Below, piece after piece: positions 1 through 14,830 of a stretch of 64,000 nt of DNA. The translations under genes and the position numbers were made by a program. The stretch's first letter is position 1. The number at the start of each line of letters is the position of its first letter. The stretch is from the human T2T-CHM13v2.0 reference genome, Homo sapiens: NCBI RefSeq assembly GCF_009914755.1, contig NC_060944.1; one strand, 5' to 3'. The notes beneath the pieces are model-generated. The model worked only from the letters and a program-made list of their open reading frames with translations, was not told the DNA's origin and ran no database searches.

Positions 1-496
1 TCAAAATCTACTTCATTGCTAGTTTCATTTTCAAAGAAGAGAATTGTCATACTGACAATTTCTCTTCACCCAGTGACAATTTTGAATACATTTTCATTAA
101 CTGAAGCTAAATTAAAATGATCATAAATATATTTGGGTATATATACTATACTTAAGCTGAGAATAATGTTTATTTTAATACTTACATTTCATTTTTCAAT
201 ATTTTTTCAACTATTTTAATATTCTGCAAAAAACCACTAGGAAAACACATAAAAATATGTATAGAAATGTGTGCATGTACACACACACACATGTTTTGCC
301 TCAGGCTCAATATGGCTAAATAGATCAACAGTCTTTATTTAAAATTTTGATTATTTTCATCATGGATTTTTTTTGCATAAATTTTAATGTCTAAAAATAT
401 ATTGTATTAAATTATTATTTACCGTGATTACTGAGTTTCTTGACAACTCCTTTAATTTTTTGGCTGAGTGACTTACTTATCCTAGTTTTGGCCCTT
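1..496. mobile_element. hAT-Tip100 Zaphod/MER115-like DNA transposon end
   Basis: Reverse complement of ~330-496 reads AAGGGCCAAAACTAGGATAAG...AAACTCAGTAATCA...GCAAAAAAAATCCATGATGAAAA...AAAATTTTAAATAAAGAC, resembling the recalled Zaphod terminus. Left boundary uncertain. Confidence 0.6.
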
Positions 497-2373
497 GTTC
501 AGAGCAAACACCCAGCTTCTCCCAAGGGGCTTAGCCTCTCTAGACTTTTCTGTACATTGAAGAAGATCCAAATATTGACTGCCTTATTTTCCAGGCATGT
601 ATTGGTGAATTTAGACATTTCAAAGTCTCAAAGTGTCTCATTTTTTTGACAACTTTAGCCTGTCCTAGGTTATGTTACATAAACATAGGGCTTTGCAAAG
701 CTTTCGTTTGGAAAAAAAACAAAACAAAAACTTACAAAAACTGTAGCTGCACAAATATAGCAAGAATTGTAATGCTAATCTGAGATGTATTCACCCTAAT
801 ATTGAGAGGCATCTGGAATACTGCTGGGGGCCAATGTACATGCAGAGTAAAGGAATCTTCTGGGAGAGAGAGAAGGGAGGTGTGCAATTTTCTACAATGA
901 GTAAGTGTTAATTGTTTGGCCAACAGTGTCTTTATTGCTCTGGTAATAATAGAAAAAAGCAGTAATACAAATATATTCTGGGTCATAAAGATCACTACTC
1001 TTAGTTTTACTTTTATTTCACTATACTTGCATTTGTGTTTTAATGCAAGAAGCCCAGCACCCTGCCCCACCAAAATAATTTAAAAAAAAAGATAAGAGAT
1101 CTTACCGAATAAATGAGGTGTTCATTCTAAGTGAAGGTCAGTGGATATCTTCAATTCATTTGTATGAATAAAGCTTTCATAGCAGTTCAAACAGGCAAAC
1201 AGCGTGAGGGGATGGGGACAGGAATTGAATCATGGCACAGTGCACCATAGTATGGGCTTGTCAGGCGGCAAAGATACTGTAAAAATATAGCTATCAGTGT
1301 CATGTTCAGATTTCAAATGGCAATTTAATTTCAGGAACACAATACAAGATGCCACACTGAATTGATATTGTTAGTTCAAATGGAATGGTTATTATTGTTT
1401 TGTTTCCATTGAAGTTGTAAATGTGTTTTTTGCTATAGTCATACATGAACCATGAAGATAAACAGTTAATATAGAGCTTTATTTTATATACTTTGAAGTT
1501 ATATTATGACAAATAATTTATATAAACATTGGACATACAGGTAATTTTTTTTCCCTTCAAAAAGGCCATTATGCCACCCAAGTTTAAAAGCCTGGAACTC
1601 TAAGAAGTGTCCCAGTTATTTAGAGAATACGTGGGATGCAGAGAGAAGGTGGTGCTTAATCCTGAGGGGCTAATAGCTTGTCGTAGTGTCTCTTAGCTAT
1701 GATGGAGGAGATATTTGAGAGCCTTAAGCCTTCTTTACACTTTTTACTCATAACTGCAGTCTTTGCTTCATGATGAAGCTAATCTGAGCAACTCTATAGT
1801 CTGTTCACAAAGTGTTAGAGCAAAGTTAGAACCACTCTTGCTTCCTCCTCACATCAAACAGCCTAATGAGATTGTTAGCAACATTGTGAGAACCTGTTAT
1901 CTTTACATCTCAGCAAGAAGGTGTGTATGTGCGGGTGGGCATGCCCACGTGTGGATGAGGTGTGGAATTGTCACTGCTGTTGCACTTCCAAATTCTGGGA
2001 ACTGTGAATTTGGCTGGGCAGGGTCTGGGCTTCCAGCCAGCTGCTAAGCTGTCCAGGTAGATGACACACTAATTAGGGGAATTGCAAACCAATTAGCACT
2101 TTGGCTGGATTGGCTGATGTGTCTTAGCAACTTCTTCACTGAATGTTTTGTGATAAGAACCAGTCCAATGTGCCTCCCTAAACCCCTCACCATCTAGATG
2201 GGTTATCCAGTCTGTCCTGGAAAAGGGAATGCTTTAGCCCTAGGGACATTATTAATGTTTCAATCCTAAACTGTCAGCCTTTCTTCAGAAGGTAGCAATT
2301 CTCCCCTGAGAGATGACTATCATGCTTTGGGGCTGGTGGGCTAGGCCAGACCTGCACTGTGAAGAGGAGAGGC

Positions 2374-2387
2374 AAAAAAAGAAAAAG

Positions 2388-2419
<32 letters not shown>
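2374..2419 (+). repeat. (GAAAA)n A-rich simple repeat
   Basis: Direct reading. Confidence 0.95.
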
Positions 2420-3689
2420 GCTTGCCTAGAGGGTTGGAAGGTCAGTAGCTCCCTGTTGAACACATTAATCTGTATGGTCATTGTCAGCTTGGATACAGAT
2501 TCCAGAATTGGTTTTATTTTTCTTTCTTCAGAAGCATCCTTGCTCTCAGCCTTCTGCAGACTGCAGGCACCTAGCCTACCTGCCCTCTTCCCTGATAGCT
2601 CTGCCTCTCATCTTCACTGGTGTTGGTTCCCTACACCAACCCTGCCCTGTTGACCTCTGCTGGCCTCGTAGCAGAGAAGGAGAGGGAAGGCTGGGGACCA
2701 AGGAGGAGGGGAGGCACTTCTACAGGAGTATGTTCTGATTAATTAATTTTTTCTTTTGTATTCTAAGATGCTATTAATGCACCCAAAGGAAATTGTTTAC
2801 TTCTAAATGGTTACAACACATAGAAAAGTGTTTCTCATTTTTTTATAATATAATAACAACTATACTAATTTCTTAGTATATGACAGCTTCTGAGTGGCCA
2901 TAACAATTTTTTAAAAAGGAACAAGGGATTATGTTCTAGTGTCCTCATCACTATCTTCCTTTATAGGAAAATGTGACTCTTAGAGCAGTAATCACCTCTG
3001 GGTGCCTGATTCGAATAGTTCCCTATGTGTATATGATGTGTATGTATATGTGTACATGTGACACAGAACTTTCAGTCTAACCTCTAGCATGTGAGGGATT
3101 CCATCCTTTCCCCATACATAAAGAAAGGTGATTTTAAAAGACCTTTTTGAAAATAGACTAATCATAGAGTTCAGAACAATGTTTCCTTAGTTCACGGTTT
3201 GTGTGCATGATTATACCAATTTGGTCTCCCTTATTCAAGAAGGAACAGGTAAGCAAAAATGGTGTGTATAATTCAAAAGACCATTCTCAACACACTTTCT
3301 ATTGGCAGCCTCAGTTGTTCACACCTTAGCATCTCTACATGTCTAGGCAAGCCCGGAGAGCTTAGCATGGTTGGGATTGGGACTTTGAATTGGGAATACA
3401 GGAGCCACTTGGGATGGAATTTTCTCTAAACGTGGTTTATTTCATTTACCAGATCTTATCAATTACCAGTGAATCTACATATTACCATACTGAGAAACAT
3501 TCTGAGGAGTGTTGCAAATCATCTATAAGGAATGCAGAATCCTTTCACCAAAATTGTCATTGAGGCAGGAGTCAGGGGTGGTGATGTTTGCAATCTCTGC
3601 CTTAAGGACCAGAGAAAGTCAACATACACAAAATTGATTAATGGGTGAGACAGCATGATTGGCTTTTATCCTGCACCCTTTCCTGTCTC

Positions 3690-3995
3690 CACACACATAC
3701 CCTGGCCTCATGGATGCAGTACATTTTCCTGACTCTTGACTTTGGAGTAGTCACGTGAATCTGTTTTAGCCAATGGCATATGGGTAGGAGTCATAGTGGG
3801 CTGATTCAGAGACTAGGGCAAGAGGCCTCCTCTGCTTCCACTTGCTCTATGTTTCTACCGTCATTGTGAGCTAAACATGCCCTGACTAGCCCCATGGTTA
3901 CAGGAGATTGAAAGACAGAGCAGAGATCAACTGAACTAGCCATTCTGCAGAATTGGGAGACTTTGGAGATGGTTTGTTACACAACAGTGGTTAAT
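3690..3995 (+). mobile_element. Old MaLR LTR (MLT1H/I/J-like)
   Basis: cttgactttgg...tcacgtga...ttagccaatgg; ends ggtttgttacacaaca. Confidence 0.6.
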
Positions 3996-4259
3996 AATAC
4001 AGTCCACAAATGAAACCTTGGTTACTAAATAAATGTATAATTGTGAATACAGAAGAGTGTCATTTTCGCAATGGAGCACGAAGAAATTTACATCTGAGTC
4101 CCAGGGCAAGCGGACTGCAAGCAAACACTGCCAATAAAAATGGCAAGAAGTATTTCATTAATAAATTATAATAGAGACTCAAAACCTGCTACTGCCAGGC
4201 AAAGCAGGTTTTTAGCCCATGTTGTGTAATGTCATACTTGTAGAGGTAGGTATAAGGAT

Positions 4260-4776
4260 GCATTGGTTTTGGAATATGTCTATAAATTTTTGACACTCCT
4301 ACCACCAAGAGGTGGATTTTAATTTCCTTCCTCTTGATTATGTTCCAGCCTTAGAAGTTAGAAATTACTTGCATCTAACAAATATTATACAGAGCAATGG
4401 TATTGTATGGTTTCTGAGGCTAGGTTACAAGAGATAATATAGCCTTTTCTCTCTCTTGTAGGCACCCACACCCTTGGAGCCCAAAACCATGCCATGCACA
4501 TGTAACCAACCAGCTACATGTGAAGATCACATAAAGGTGTTCTTGTCCTGGCTCTAGCTAAGGTTCCAGCTCTCAGTCAGCATCAATTGTGGAAGATGGG
4601 AGTGCATGAGCTTTTAGATGATTTCAGTCCCCTGCCTTTGACACCAAGTGGAACTGAGATGATCTTTCCACCGAGCCCTAGTCAAACTGCAGATTCATGA
4701 GCAAAATAAACACCATCATTACTGAAGCAACATGGCATGTGGGGTGATATGTTGGGGAAGCCATAGATAATCAGAG
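4260..4776 (+). mobile_element. MaLR LTR (MLT1G/H-like)
   Basis: tttgacactcct..caagaggtgga; tctgaggctaggtta; caaactgcagattcatgagcaaaataaa; catagataa. Confidence 0.7.
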
Positions 4777-6199
4777 AAAGCTCCTTTTCTTTGTGAGCAA
4801 TATTATTTGCATAGGAGAGAGACAAAGCTGCATGGACTGGAAACTTCCATGACCAAAAAAGATGTCATTTTCTAAGGGCTTGAGTGGGAGGTGGCCCTGA
4901 CAGCATCTGCATGAGCCAGAGATGCACTCACACTTTCATTATTGCTTGAGGGTGCCAAGAACTGTAGCAGTAAGAGCAGAAGCAGAAATGAAGAACACGA
5001 AGGATGCTATGGAGTGAGAGAAAAGTCCATGCTTGCAAGAATCCAAAGACACCCTGTGAGGACGCCCCAAAATACTCGAGGAAGTGTGTAAGTAGAGCTG
5101 GACCTTTCATTCTCCCAGCTGGGGTAGAACTGGAGCCATGTGTGCAGGGCCTGCTTCTTCTTCAGGGCTGCCGTGTCCTGGAAAGCCAAGCTTGCACATG
5201 GGTTATAGCACTCCACTTTCCCAAAGCCCTCATATACATCATCTGTTTCAGTGCTCGCATTAACACCTGTGAAGTAGATATTATTCCCAGGTCTCACAGC
5301 CCATAAATGGAAACTCTGCCGGGAAATAAGTCCTGCTTTTCTCTCTGTACCAGAGCTGCCCCAGCAAATTACAGCTTATTCTAAATGTAGGTACCTAGAG
5401 CATTTCTTAAATTAAACCCAGAGTGAATTCTGAACCTCAGTCTAAGCCTCTACTGATTTGTCTATTCTGTGAGTTCAGAGTTCTGCATAGTAAAATCTCA
5501 TTAATTCAATCTCCATGAATGTAGAATTTGGGGTAGGCATCAGAAAGCAGTCTCTCCTTAGTCACTTAGCCACACTTACTTTGGCCCAATGACCCAAAAA
5601 TTTCTTGTTAAGGCCTTTCTTTAAAATGATCTCTAAGGCAGGCACTTTATAAATGAAAATCACGCCCACCTAAGCCTAGGCTTGCAGGTTTGTCTGCCTC
5701 GGGCTTTCAGGTATGTCTGGTTCTCTTACCCCATCAAAGGGACAGACTGCTCACAGGTGCTTAAGATCATCCTGGCATGGACCCTTGTTTTATGCAAAGT
5801 GTGTGCCAGTGCTGGATGTGAAAACACCAGTCGATTCCCATTCGCTGGTCTTAGCCAGTCAGAACCTTGCTTCTGAGGCAGGGTGATACTGTGGTTACTT
5901 CTCTCAGATTTCCCTCTAATGTTTGGAAGTTCCTATACACCATACTGTTTTTGCATTAGCCACAGATGTAGGCTGCAAATGTCTACTAGGCAGCATGGGC
6001 TAACCAAAATAAGGACACGATTGACCCAACCTTGTCATTCTTAGAGACACTGGAAATCTCCTCAAGTTGGTAATAACTAGAATTTTTTATCAAATAATCA
6101 CTGTTTTACAGATAAAGATGGTGCCTCCACATAAACTGAACATATGGCCGGCAAAGAGCACCCCTATTCCATCATCCAAGTTCTCCTTCCTTAGCTGAA

Positions 6200-6825
6200 G
6201 TGAAAACATTTGAAATTGATGATACAAAGTGCTGGGGAGGGTGGAGAGAAATGGCCCCTGTCTAAGCTATATGGAGAGTGAATAGCAAGGCAGTTTGCCA
6301 ATATCTATCACTTGTTAAATCCACATACACTTTGCTCCAGGAATTAGAATTTCAGGAATTTATCTTAAAACTGTTGTAACAACACATATATGAAGAGGTT
6401 TATTGTAGCCTTGCTTACAGTGACTAAGTATCAGAAACAACCTAGATAACTGTCAGTGGGAACTGGTTGAATAATTTGTTTTATCAACATGTAGGAAAAT
6501 ATCCAATCTCTATAGAGAATGAGGCAAACTTTTACAAACTTTGTAAGATGTATTTCTAAGTAAAAATAAACATAAGAACAAACAAATGAAAATAACAATG
6601 ACATGATTTAGAAGAGTGTATAAAATAAAATACAAAAGACACACACATACACAACTCAGCATTACAGTGAAAATTTTGGAAAGATAAAATGGAAACCATT
6701 ATAATGGTTACAGCTAGTATTCTGGTAAAAAAGAAACATATTTTCAAGATACTGTTCAGTACCATTTGAAGTTTTTATTTATTTCATTTTTAAACCATGT
6801 ATTACATTTTTTAAATTAAAAGAAA
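6200..6825 (+). mobile_element. L1ME-type 3' fragment
   Basis: caaagtgctggggagggtggagagaaa; aggaatttatc; tttattgtagccttg; gaaacaacctag; accatgtattac. Confidence 0.65.
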
Positions 6826-7694
6826 GCAAAAGCTAAAAGCAATATGAACACAGAAAAGTCAGTATGAGGTTGTCGATACGTAAAGTTTGAAAGTGCAGAC
6901 TTTTCAAAATGGCATCACAGGAAAACTAAGGAATATATACATTTTGGACATCAAATTGCATCCCAGCACAGAGAATATTTCTTGAAGAAAGTGGCTGGGT
7001 TTGATTTAAGGACTTGAGGGCTGGGGTATTTTGCCACAAAACTCTATTTTTTTCTTTCCCAAAGTGCGTGTGACCCTGGGGTTAACTACATTCAATGTTT
7101 TATCAACTCACCCTTTCATACACTCTGCTATACTATTTTGAAACCAAATTTAGGCTACTTTGCATCAGCCAGTGAAAAGCCAATTTCAAATTGACACATA
7201 TGTTGTTGTTATCTGCTGGTCAACGGTTCTGTTTTAGCAGGTTGTCATCTTTGTTTCTGTTTTTGTGATCTTGTTGCTTTTATTTTTGAGACTATTATTT
7301 TGATTCTGTTGCCCAAAGCTTCTCTAGAAAAAAATTTCACAGGGAGGGAGCAGCTGCCAAGATCCACACCTTCTTCCCTCCACACCAACTCACTCCGTCA
7401 TCTTCAACAACTGCCAACCTATTCATCCTGCTTCAGTTGGAAGAGCTAAACTTTTTGTTTATTTTTGGATTCAAGATAAAATTTTATTCAAAAGATGGAA
7501 TCCTGTAATAAAACACTCTTGGAAAATAATCTTTAATTGCAGTTTGCATATAATATTATTTCAAATTGAATATGATACAGACAAATTAAACGGCTAATGC
7601 CAGTGTTAAAAAATGCAAGTTTCCTAAATGTAATGTAATTGAGATAAAGACAGTATTTGTTAGGCTTGCAAAGAAGAGACTATTTAAGTAGAAG

Positions 7695-7945
7695 TATGAG
7701 GTAGGGCTAAGCACATGGCTTTTGGGGCCAGAATGCCTGGGCTTAGACCTTAGTGCTGCTAATTATTGGCTATGCAAACTTGGGCAATCATTTACACATT
7801 CTGTGCTCTGCATATATGACATAGAAATGTTCCTGGTGCTAGTGATATCACATAGCTTTGTTATGTAATTTAATCAATTACTTGAAGGACTTAGACCATG
7901 CTCAGTGCACAGTAAGCATTATATAAATATTAGCTACTGTCATTA
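7695..7945 (+). mobile_element. MIR SINE
   Basis: aagcacatggcttttggggccagaatgcctggg...ttgggcaa...cacagtaagc...aaatattagcta. Confidence 0.8.
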
Positions 7946-8189
7946 CCTTTAATCAGGTGCTCCTTATTAGGCTTAATACTATGTTCAAAGGTTAATATGC
8001 ATGAAATATTGGAAACATATTAATATTATTTGGAGTTTTATAATCTACTTTGGCTTTGGGGGAAATGAATCACTCATGATATGAAAATCAATAATTCAAC
8101 TTCTACACATTTAAATTCCATATATATTTTCAGGACACACTAAATAACACATTAGAAGCCTTTCTGCTCAAGTATCTTAGTCATTTTCT

Positions 8190-8955
<766 letters not shown>

Positions 8956-9012
8956 CCCAGATTGGAGGCCAACTTTTCTTCAGCAATGTGGCAGGGTGGC
9001 CTGTACTATGGG

Positions 9013-9379
9013 TGTATTAGCCTGTTCTCATGCTGCTAACAAAGACATACCTGAGACTGGGTAATTTATAAAGGAAAGAGGTTTAATTGACTCACAGCTC
9101 CACATGGCTGGGGATTCTCACAATCATGGCGGAAGGCAAATGAGGAGCAAAGTCATGTCTTACATGGCAGCAGGCAAGAGGCCATGTGCAGGGGAACTCC
9201 CCTTTATAAAACCATTGGATCTCATGAGACTTATTGACTATCAATCACAAGAATGGTGTGGGAAAGAGCCACCCCCATGATTCAATTACCTCCCACTGGG
9301 TCCTTCCCATGACACATGGGAATTATGGGAGCTACAATTTAAGATGAGATTTGGGTGGGGACACAGCCAAACCATATCA
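9013..9379 (-). mobile_element. THE1 (B/C-like) solo LTR, ERVL-MaLR
   Basis: Reverse complement starts TGATATGGTTTGGCTGTGTCCCCACCC and ends ...CTAATACA; 5-bp TSD atggg/gtggg. Confidence 0.95.
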
Positions 9380-9984
9380 GTGGGCAAGTTCAATAAGCAA
9401 TGAATGCTTAAGTACCCACCAGAGCACTGAAGCCACAGAGGTAGGGGGACCAAGAATAGGCATCTTGGCTGGTGACACTCAGACGTCAAGATCCAAATCT
9501 ACAGTTTCTATAGAGGAAAGCTTCCACTGGCAGCCAGGCCCCTGCCTTCAGGGATGCCTCAGGCCCTGAGAGTTCACCTCTTTCTCCTGGCAATGTCAAG
9601 TTCCACATTTCTGAGCCAGGCAGAGGAAATTATTTGTGAATTTATGACAGAGAAAATATTCTTTAAACAGAATCTTCCCTGATTATTGGAGCAAATTTGG
9701 CTGCTAGGAACTGCTTCTCCCTATTAGCTCATTGGGAACAGAGGGGAGAGCCTCTCACTCTGCTTAACCCCCTATGGCTCTGTTCCTTGCCAGAGAAGGG
9801 GCCCAATAAATGCTTGACAAGTTAAATGGAAATGATTTTTCCCCTTTTAAATGTCTCCTCACTATGGCATGTCATTTATACAGGACGAAGCTTTTATTAC
9901 ATTCATCCTCTTTCCTCCTACCTAATCCTCTTGTCTTTCATCCTCCATCCACCTGTCCTATTGCATTTGGGACTCAACATGTGA

Positions 9985-10185
9985 CATGGAATAATAGTGG
10001 TTAAAGCATTAGTTTAAGGGCCAAAATGCCCATGTTCAAACCCTGTTCTGCCCCATAATAGCCACTAGATCTTTATCAAATAACTGTACTATATCACAAT
10101 TTTTGTGTAAATAAATAAGTTAATATATATAGAAGTGCTTAGAATTATGCTGGGTTAAGGCCTACATAAGTGTTACCAAATATTA
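9985..10185 (+). mobile_element. MIR SINE
   Basis: tagtggttaaagca...gttcaaaccctgttctgcc...aagtgcttagaa. Confidence 0.65.
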
Positions 10186-11389
10186 TGTGAGAACCTACAG
10201 GGGAAAAAAAAGAAGGGAACCTCTGTTTAGCCAGAGTTCCTCCTCTATAGAGGTCTTCTACTCTGAAAACATCACCCTTAATTATTCCCAAAACAGTCTG
10301 CAATAGTGAAGGATACCAACCAGTAATCCCTCATGTCTAATTATACCCTTAAAACTTGCAAGCACCTTATATTCAGAATATATTTGAATGCTTACAGAAA
10401 CCTTTTGAAAAAGAAGAAGAGGTAGTATCCCTATTTTGCAGGAACTAAAGTTCTTGGGCTTTCTATCATGCAACCATCTAATCACTCATTCACCCATTCA
10501 CTGATATAGAGATTGTGTTAAGCCCCTCCCAATCCCAGTCCCCATCCCCCGCACACTGTGTGCTACACCCAGTTCTCCTGCCTGGTCAGCCAGAGCCCAG
10601 GTCTTCTAATAGCCATCCTGCTCTAGTCCTACCCACCAGACCCCAGCCCTCTGTGAGCTTTTATTCGACTACTCACTTCTCCATCTCTCTTTTCTACCTC
10701 TTCCTCATCCAGACTTTCATCACCTGAACATCACATTCACTGCATTTAAGTTGAATGGCTTCCTAACTTAATAACTTACATAAAAATTATGCATTTTATT
10801 GTATACTATGTGTTTAATATTTAGCAGAAAGAATAACAGATAGAAAAAATGAAAGAGTAAATGAAAATACAGATATACAATAAATGAAAAAGAGAGTCTA
10901 TATTTTACCACTCTGGATAATTGCTATATCTCTAGAGCAGATATGTATATGTGTATGTATAAATTTTAACAAAATTGGTATTGGAATACACATAACATTT
11001 TAAAACATACTTGTAAACTTTAATATCTATCTTTCCATGTCAATACATATTTATCAACCAAATCAATTTTAATTGACTGGACAATGTTGCACAGTATAGA
11101 TATCCATTGCTTAATTTGACCTGTTATTGAACAGTAGGTTATTTCCTTTTATAGAAATGTTTTGCTAGTATAAACAATGCTAAGATAAACATCCTTGTAT
11201 ATACTTTTATGTTCATATCCTTAATGATGTACTTTAAATAAATTCTAACTGGTGACACTGCAGTCTTATTTTTAACACTTTTGATAGCTTTTGTAACACT
11301 GTCCTTCAGAAAGACTATGCTAGTAAAAGGGTACCCACCACATGCCAGCACTAGTAAGTATTATGTAAAACAAATAAAAATAAAAACTA

Positions 11390-11678
<289 letters not shown>

Positions 11679-11911
11679 AATAAAAACTTTATCAGTTGGA
11701 TAGAAAATGTATAATCTATTTTAATTTGCATTCATTTTGTTACCAATCAAAATGAATATGTTTTCATAATCTTATTATTTTGCAAGTCTTTGCCCATTTC
11801 TTTATATTTTTATAGTTGATTTATAAGATCTCTTTTTATATTGAAGATAATAAACACTTATTTTTCACATATACGGCTGATACTTTCTCCATTTGAAAAA
11901 AAATTTTGTGC

Positions 11912-12223
11912 AGCCATGCATGGTGGCTCACGCCTGTAATCCCAGCACTTTGGGAAGCTGAGGTGGGAGACTTGCTTGAGCCTAAGAATTCCAGACCAGC
12001 CTGGGCAACATAGCAAAACCCTGTTTCTCCAAAAAAAAAAAAAAAAAAAAAAAAAAAGCTGTGCATTGGGGCATTGCAGTGTGCATGTGTAGTGCCAGCA
12101 GCTACCTAGGGGGCTGAGGTGGGAGAATCACCTGAACCAAGGAGGTCAAGACTGCAGTGAGCTGTGATCACAGCACTGCACTCCAGCCTTGGTTACAGAG
12201 TGAAACCTTGTCTCAAAAAAAAA
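11912..12223 (+). mobile_element. AluJ
   Basis: ttgcttgagcc, ggtcaagactgcagtgagctgtgatc; middle A-tract expanded to ~27 A. Confidence 0.95.
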
Positions 12224-12479
12224 TTATTTTATGTTTAGTTGCTAATTTTAAGAGACTTCAAATATTTACGTGTCAGTTTTAGTCATTATGTTTTCCAGCT
12301 TTTGTGAAAGACTTAATAATGTCTTTTCTAGCCCAAGATGTTTTTATAGTTTCACTTTAAAATTTAACTTTTTAAGATATACATAATTTATATTCTTTTA
12401 TAGTGAGACATAAAAAGCTAACTTCTTCTCTGTTTGCTTAGCCAGTTCTCTCTGATCTGTGGTTAAAAATCCACTGCCA

Positions 12480-12777
12480 GGCAGAGTGTGATGGCTCATG
12501 CCTGTAATCCCAGCACTTTGGGAGGATCGCTTGAGCCCACAAGTTCAAGACCAGCCTGGGCAACATAGCAAGACTCTGTCTCTACAAAAATAAAAATAAA
12601 AACTAGCTGGGCATAAGTGTGTGTGTGCCTGTAGTCCCAACTACTCAGGAGGCTGAGGTGAGAGGATTGCTTGAGCCCCGGAGTTCAAGGCTGCACTGAG
12701 CAGTGATCATGCCACTGCACTCCAGCATGGGCGACAGAGAAAGTCCCGGTCTCAAAAATGAAAAAAAACAAACAAAA
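12480..12777 (+). mobile_element. AluJ with 13-bp left-arm deletion
   Basis: ctttgggaggatcgcttgagccc (collapse between GGGAGG repeats); ggagttcaaggctgca. Confidence 0.95.
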
Positions 12778-13319
12778 CCCTTTCATATAATATCACTAGT
12801 TGTTTGAATGCTGGTCCATTTAGCCTGTGACAGCTTGGCTCCTCTTATCTTCCTCCTTCCTGTTTCTCTCATCCCTTCATCTTGGGCTCCCTCTTCACGT
12901 AGCTTTCCACCTCTCCTAGAAACCCTTACATGTTCAAGCCTTTATGTCACTGCATACCCAAGTCCCTCTGCCCTGCAGTGACTTCTCTCCACTCTCACCC
13001 TAACCCCTTCTACCAAGAAAACCAGACATCTTTTAAGGTTTACGGAAGGTGCTACCTCTACTCTGTGCCCTTTAGTTCTCCAGATATTAACTTCCTCCTC
13101 AGGGTTCTCACAGGAATCCATATTTCTGTTGGAGCCTTGTTCTGGTGAACAGTAATTGACAGTGGACTTTGGGCCCTTCACTAGCAGTTGCCCTACCATA
13201 TTTATCTCTATAACCTCAGCTCTTTCGGCATACAGTAGGTGGTAGAATAAAGTTCCTTCATTGAACAAATTAACAATCGACTGGCATCTCAAAAAACCTA
13301 CCTGACTCTATAGGTAGAC

Positions 13320-13923
13320 TATAGCAGGGATATTTCTTGGTTTTCTTCCCAGTATCTCATTACTGGGTTATCCAACAGTATGCTAAATTCCAATAGGGGA
13401 ATTCATTTTTCTGCCATACCCTACTGTGCATTTGAGGTGAGACTGACTGGCAGCCCAGGGTGTCTGATGGGCTTAGGACAACCTGCCTATTCCATCATGG
13501 CCACAGTGATGACTTCTGAACCGAGCATGTAACCCAACCAGCACCTTTGGCCTGAGAGGATGTTTTCTGAGTTTGCAAGGAAAGGATGGCTTATTCCTTT
13601 GTAGAATGAAATAAGAAGCCCCTACCTACCCAACATGCACACAGGACACGAGGGAGGAATGCTATAAGCCTCAGCAGTTGGTACTCTTCCTCAGACCTAC
13701 AGAAGAGCTTTTCAGAAATGTTGCCCACAATAAACAAGCAGAGCCAAGAAAAACTAGGCAGAAACCCAGTCGTTGTTATAACATTTAAGTACTGGATCAT
13801 ATTGCACCTGAAGTGGGTACCCCTGGGCTGTTTAGTTACATGAACCACTGCATTCCCCTTATCAATTAAGTCCATTTGAGTTAACGTTTCTCTTAAATGT
13901 AACTATAACAGTCATAACATATA
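13320..13923 (+). mobile_element. MaLR LTR (MLT1K-like)
   Basis: tggccacagtgat; gcatgtaacccaa; ctggatca..cctgaag; agttacatgaacca; tttgagtt..tttct. Confidence 0.65.
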
Positions 13924-14489
13924 TAAGGTTATTGGATGGCTAAAATTACAATGAGACATGAAGGAAACGTGGGCATATCAAAACAAAGGATAGAGGAGAG
14001 AAGCAAGAAATGGTAAATTAATGCTGCAAATACTAATGGTGACCATCACCAAACCATGGGAACTAAGATTTCTAAACAGTCTTCCAGATACCAGATCATT
14101 GTTAGCAAAGCAATTTCCTATGTATTTTATTAGTTTCTTTGAAGTATATAAAGTTTCTTGCCCAGCTCTTGGCACAGAGTAGTCCTCAAAACCCAATAAT
14201 TTTCATAATCCCACTTTCACCCAATCCCCCTCGGTCGTAACAATCAACAATTCATCTTAGGATAATAAAATAACCACTTGAAAGCATGAGTTATTGTCTT
14301 TGACTTTAGAGAATTCATGGAGTTTAAGAAGGTGTCAGATGGAAAAATATAGAAAGTTGACTCGTTCCCCAGATGAATGCAAAAGTGAAACACCAAGTGA
14401 TTGTTTTTAGAGGAATATGAATCATCACAGCCCTGGGAGATAAAGCACAGTGCAAAAGGAAATGTATCCAGATCTTGCCAATATTGATA

Positions 14490-14830
14490 TTCAGCCAGTA
14501 CCAGACACTGGGGAGACAGTGATGGAAAGTCAGACATTATACCTGGCCTTTTTGGGTACCTCATATTCCAGTGGAGAAACCAAACAATAAAACTAAATAG
14601 AGTAATTTAACTTTTAATAAGCTGTGTGCCTAGGGCTAATTTGGGAAGGTAGTCATGGAAGGCCTCTCAGCATCGAAGGCTTGGCAGTTGAGTTATAAAT
14701 TATGAGAAAGGGCCAGCCAGGCAGAGGTCTGGAGAAGAAGAACCCAGGCACATGTCCAGCAAATATGAGGACTTCAACTATGAAAGGAAAGAAAGAGAGG
14801 CACAAAGTACCATAGGCATCCAAAGAGGGC
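14490..14830 (-). mobile_element. L2 fragment
   Basis: ccagacactggggagacagtgatggaaag; ctcatattccagtggaga; tcatggaaggcctctc. Confidence 0.55.

Noticed and set aside
1200-1600. Possible old hAT/Charlie fragment
   Set aside because: Composition is suggestive, but I could not match it to a family or find TIRs or a TSD.
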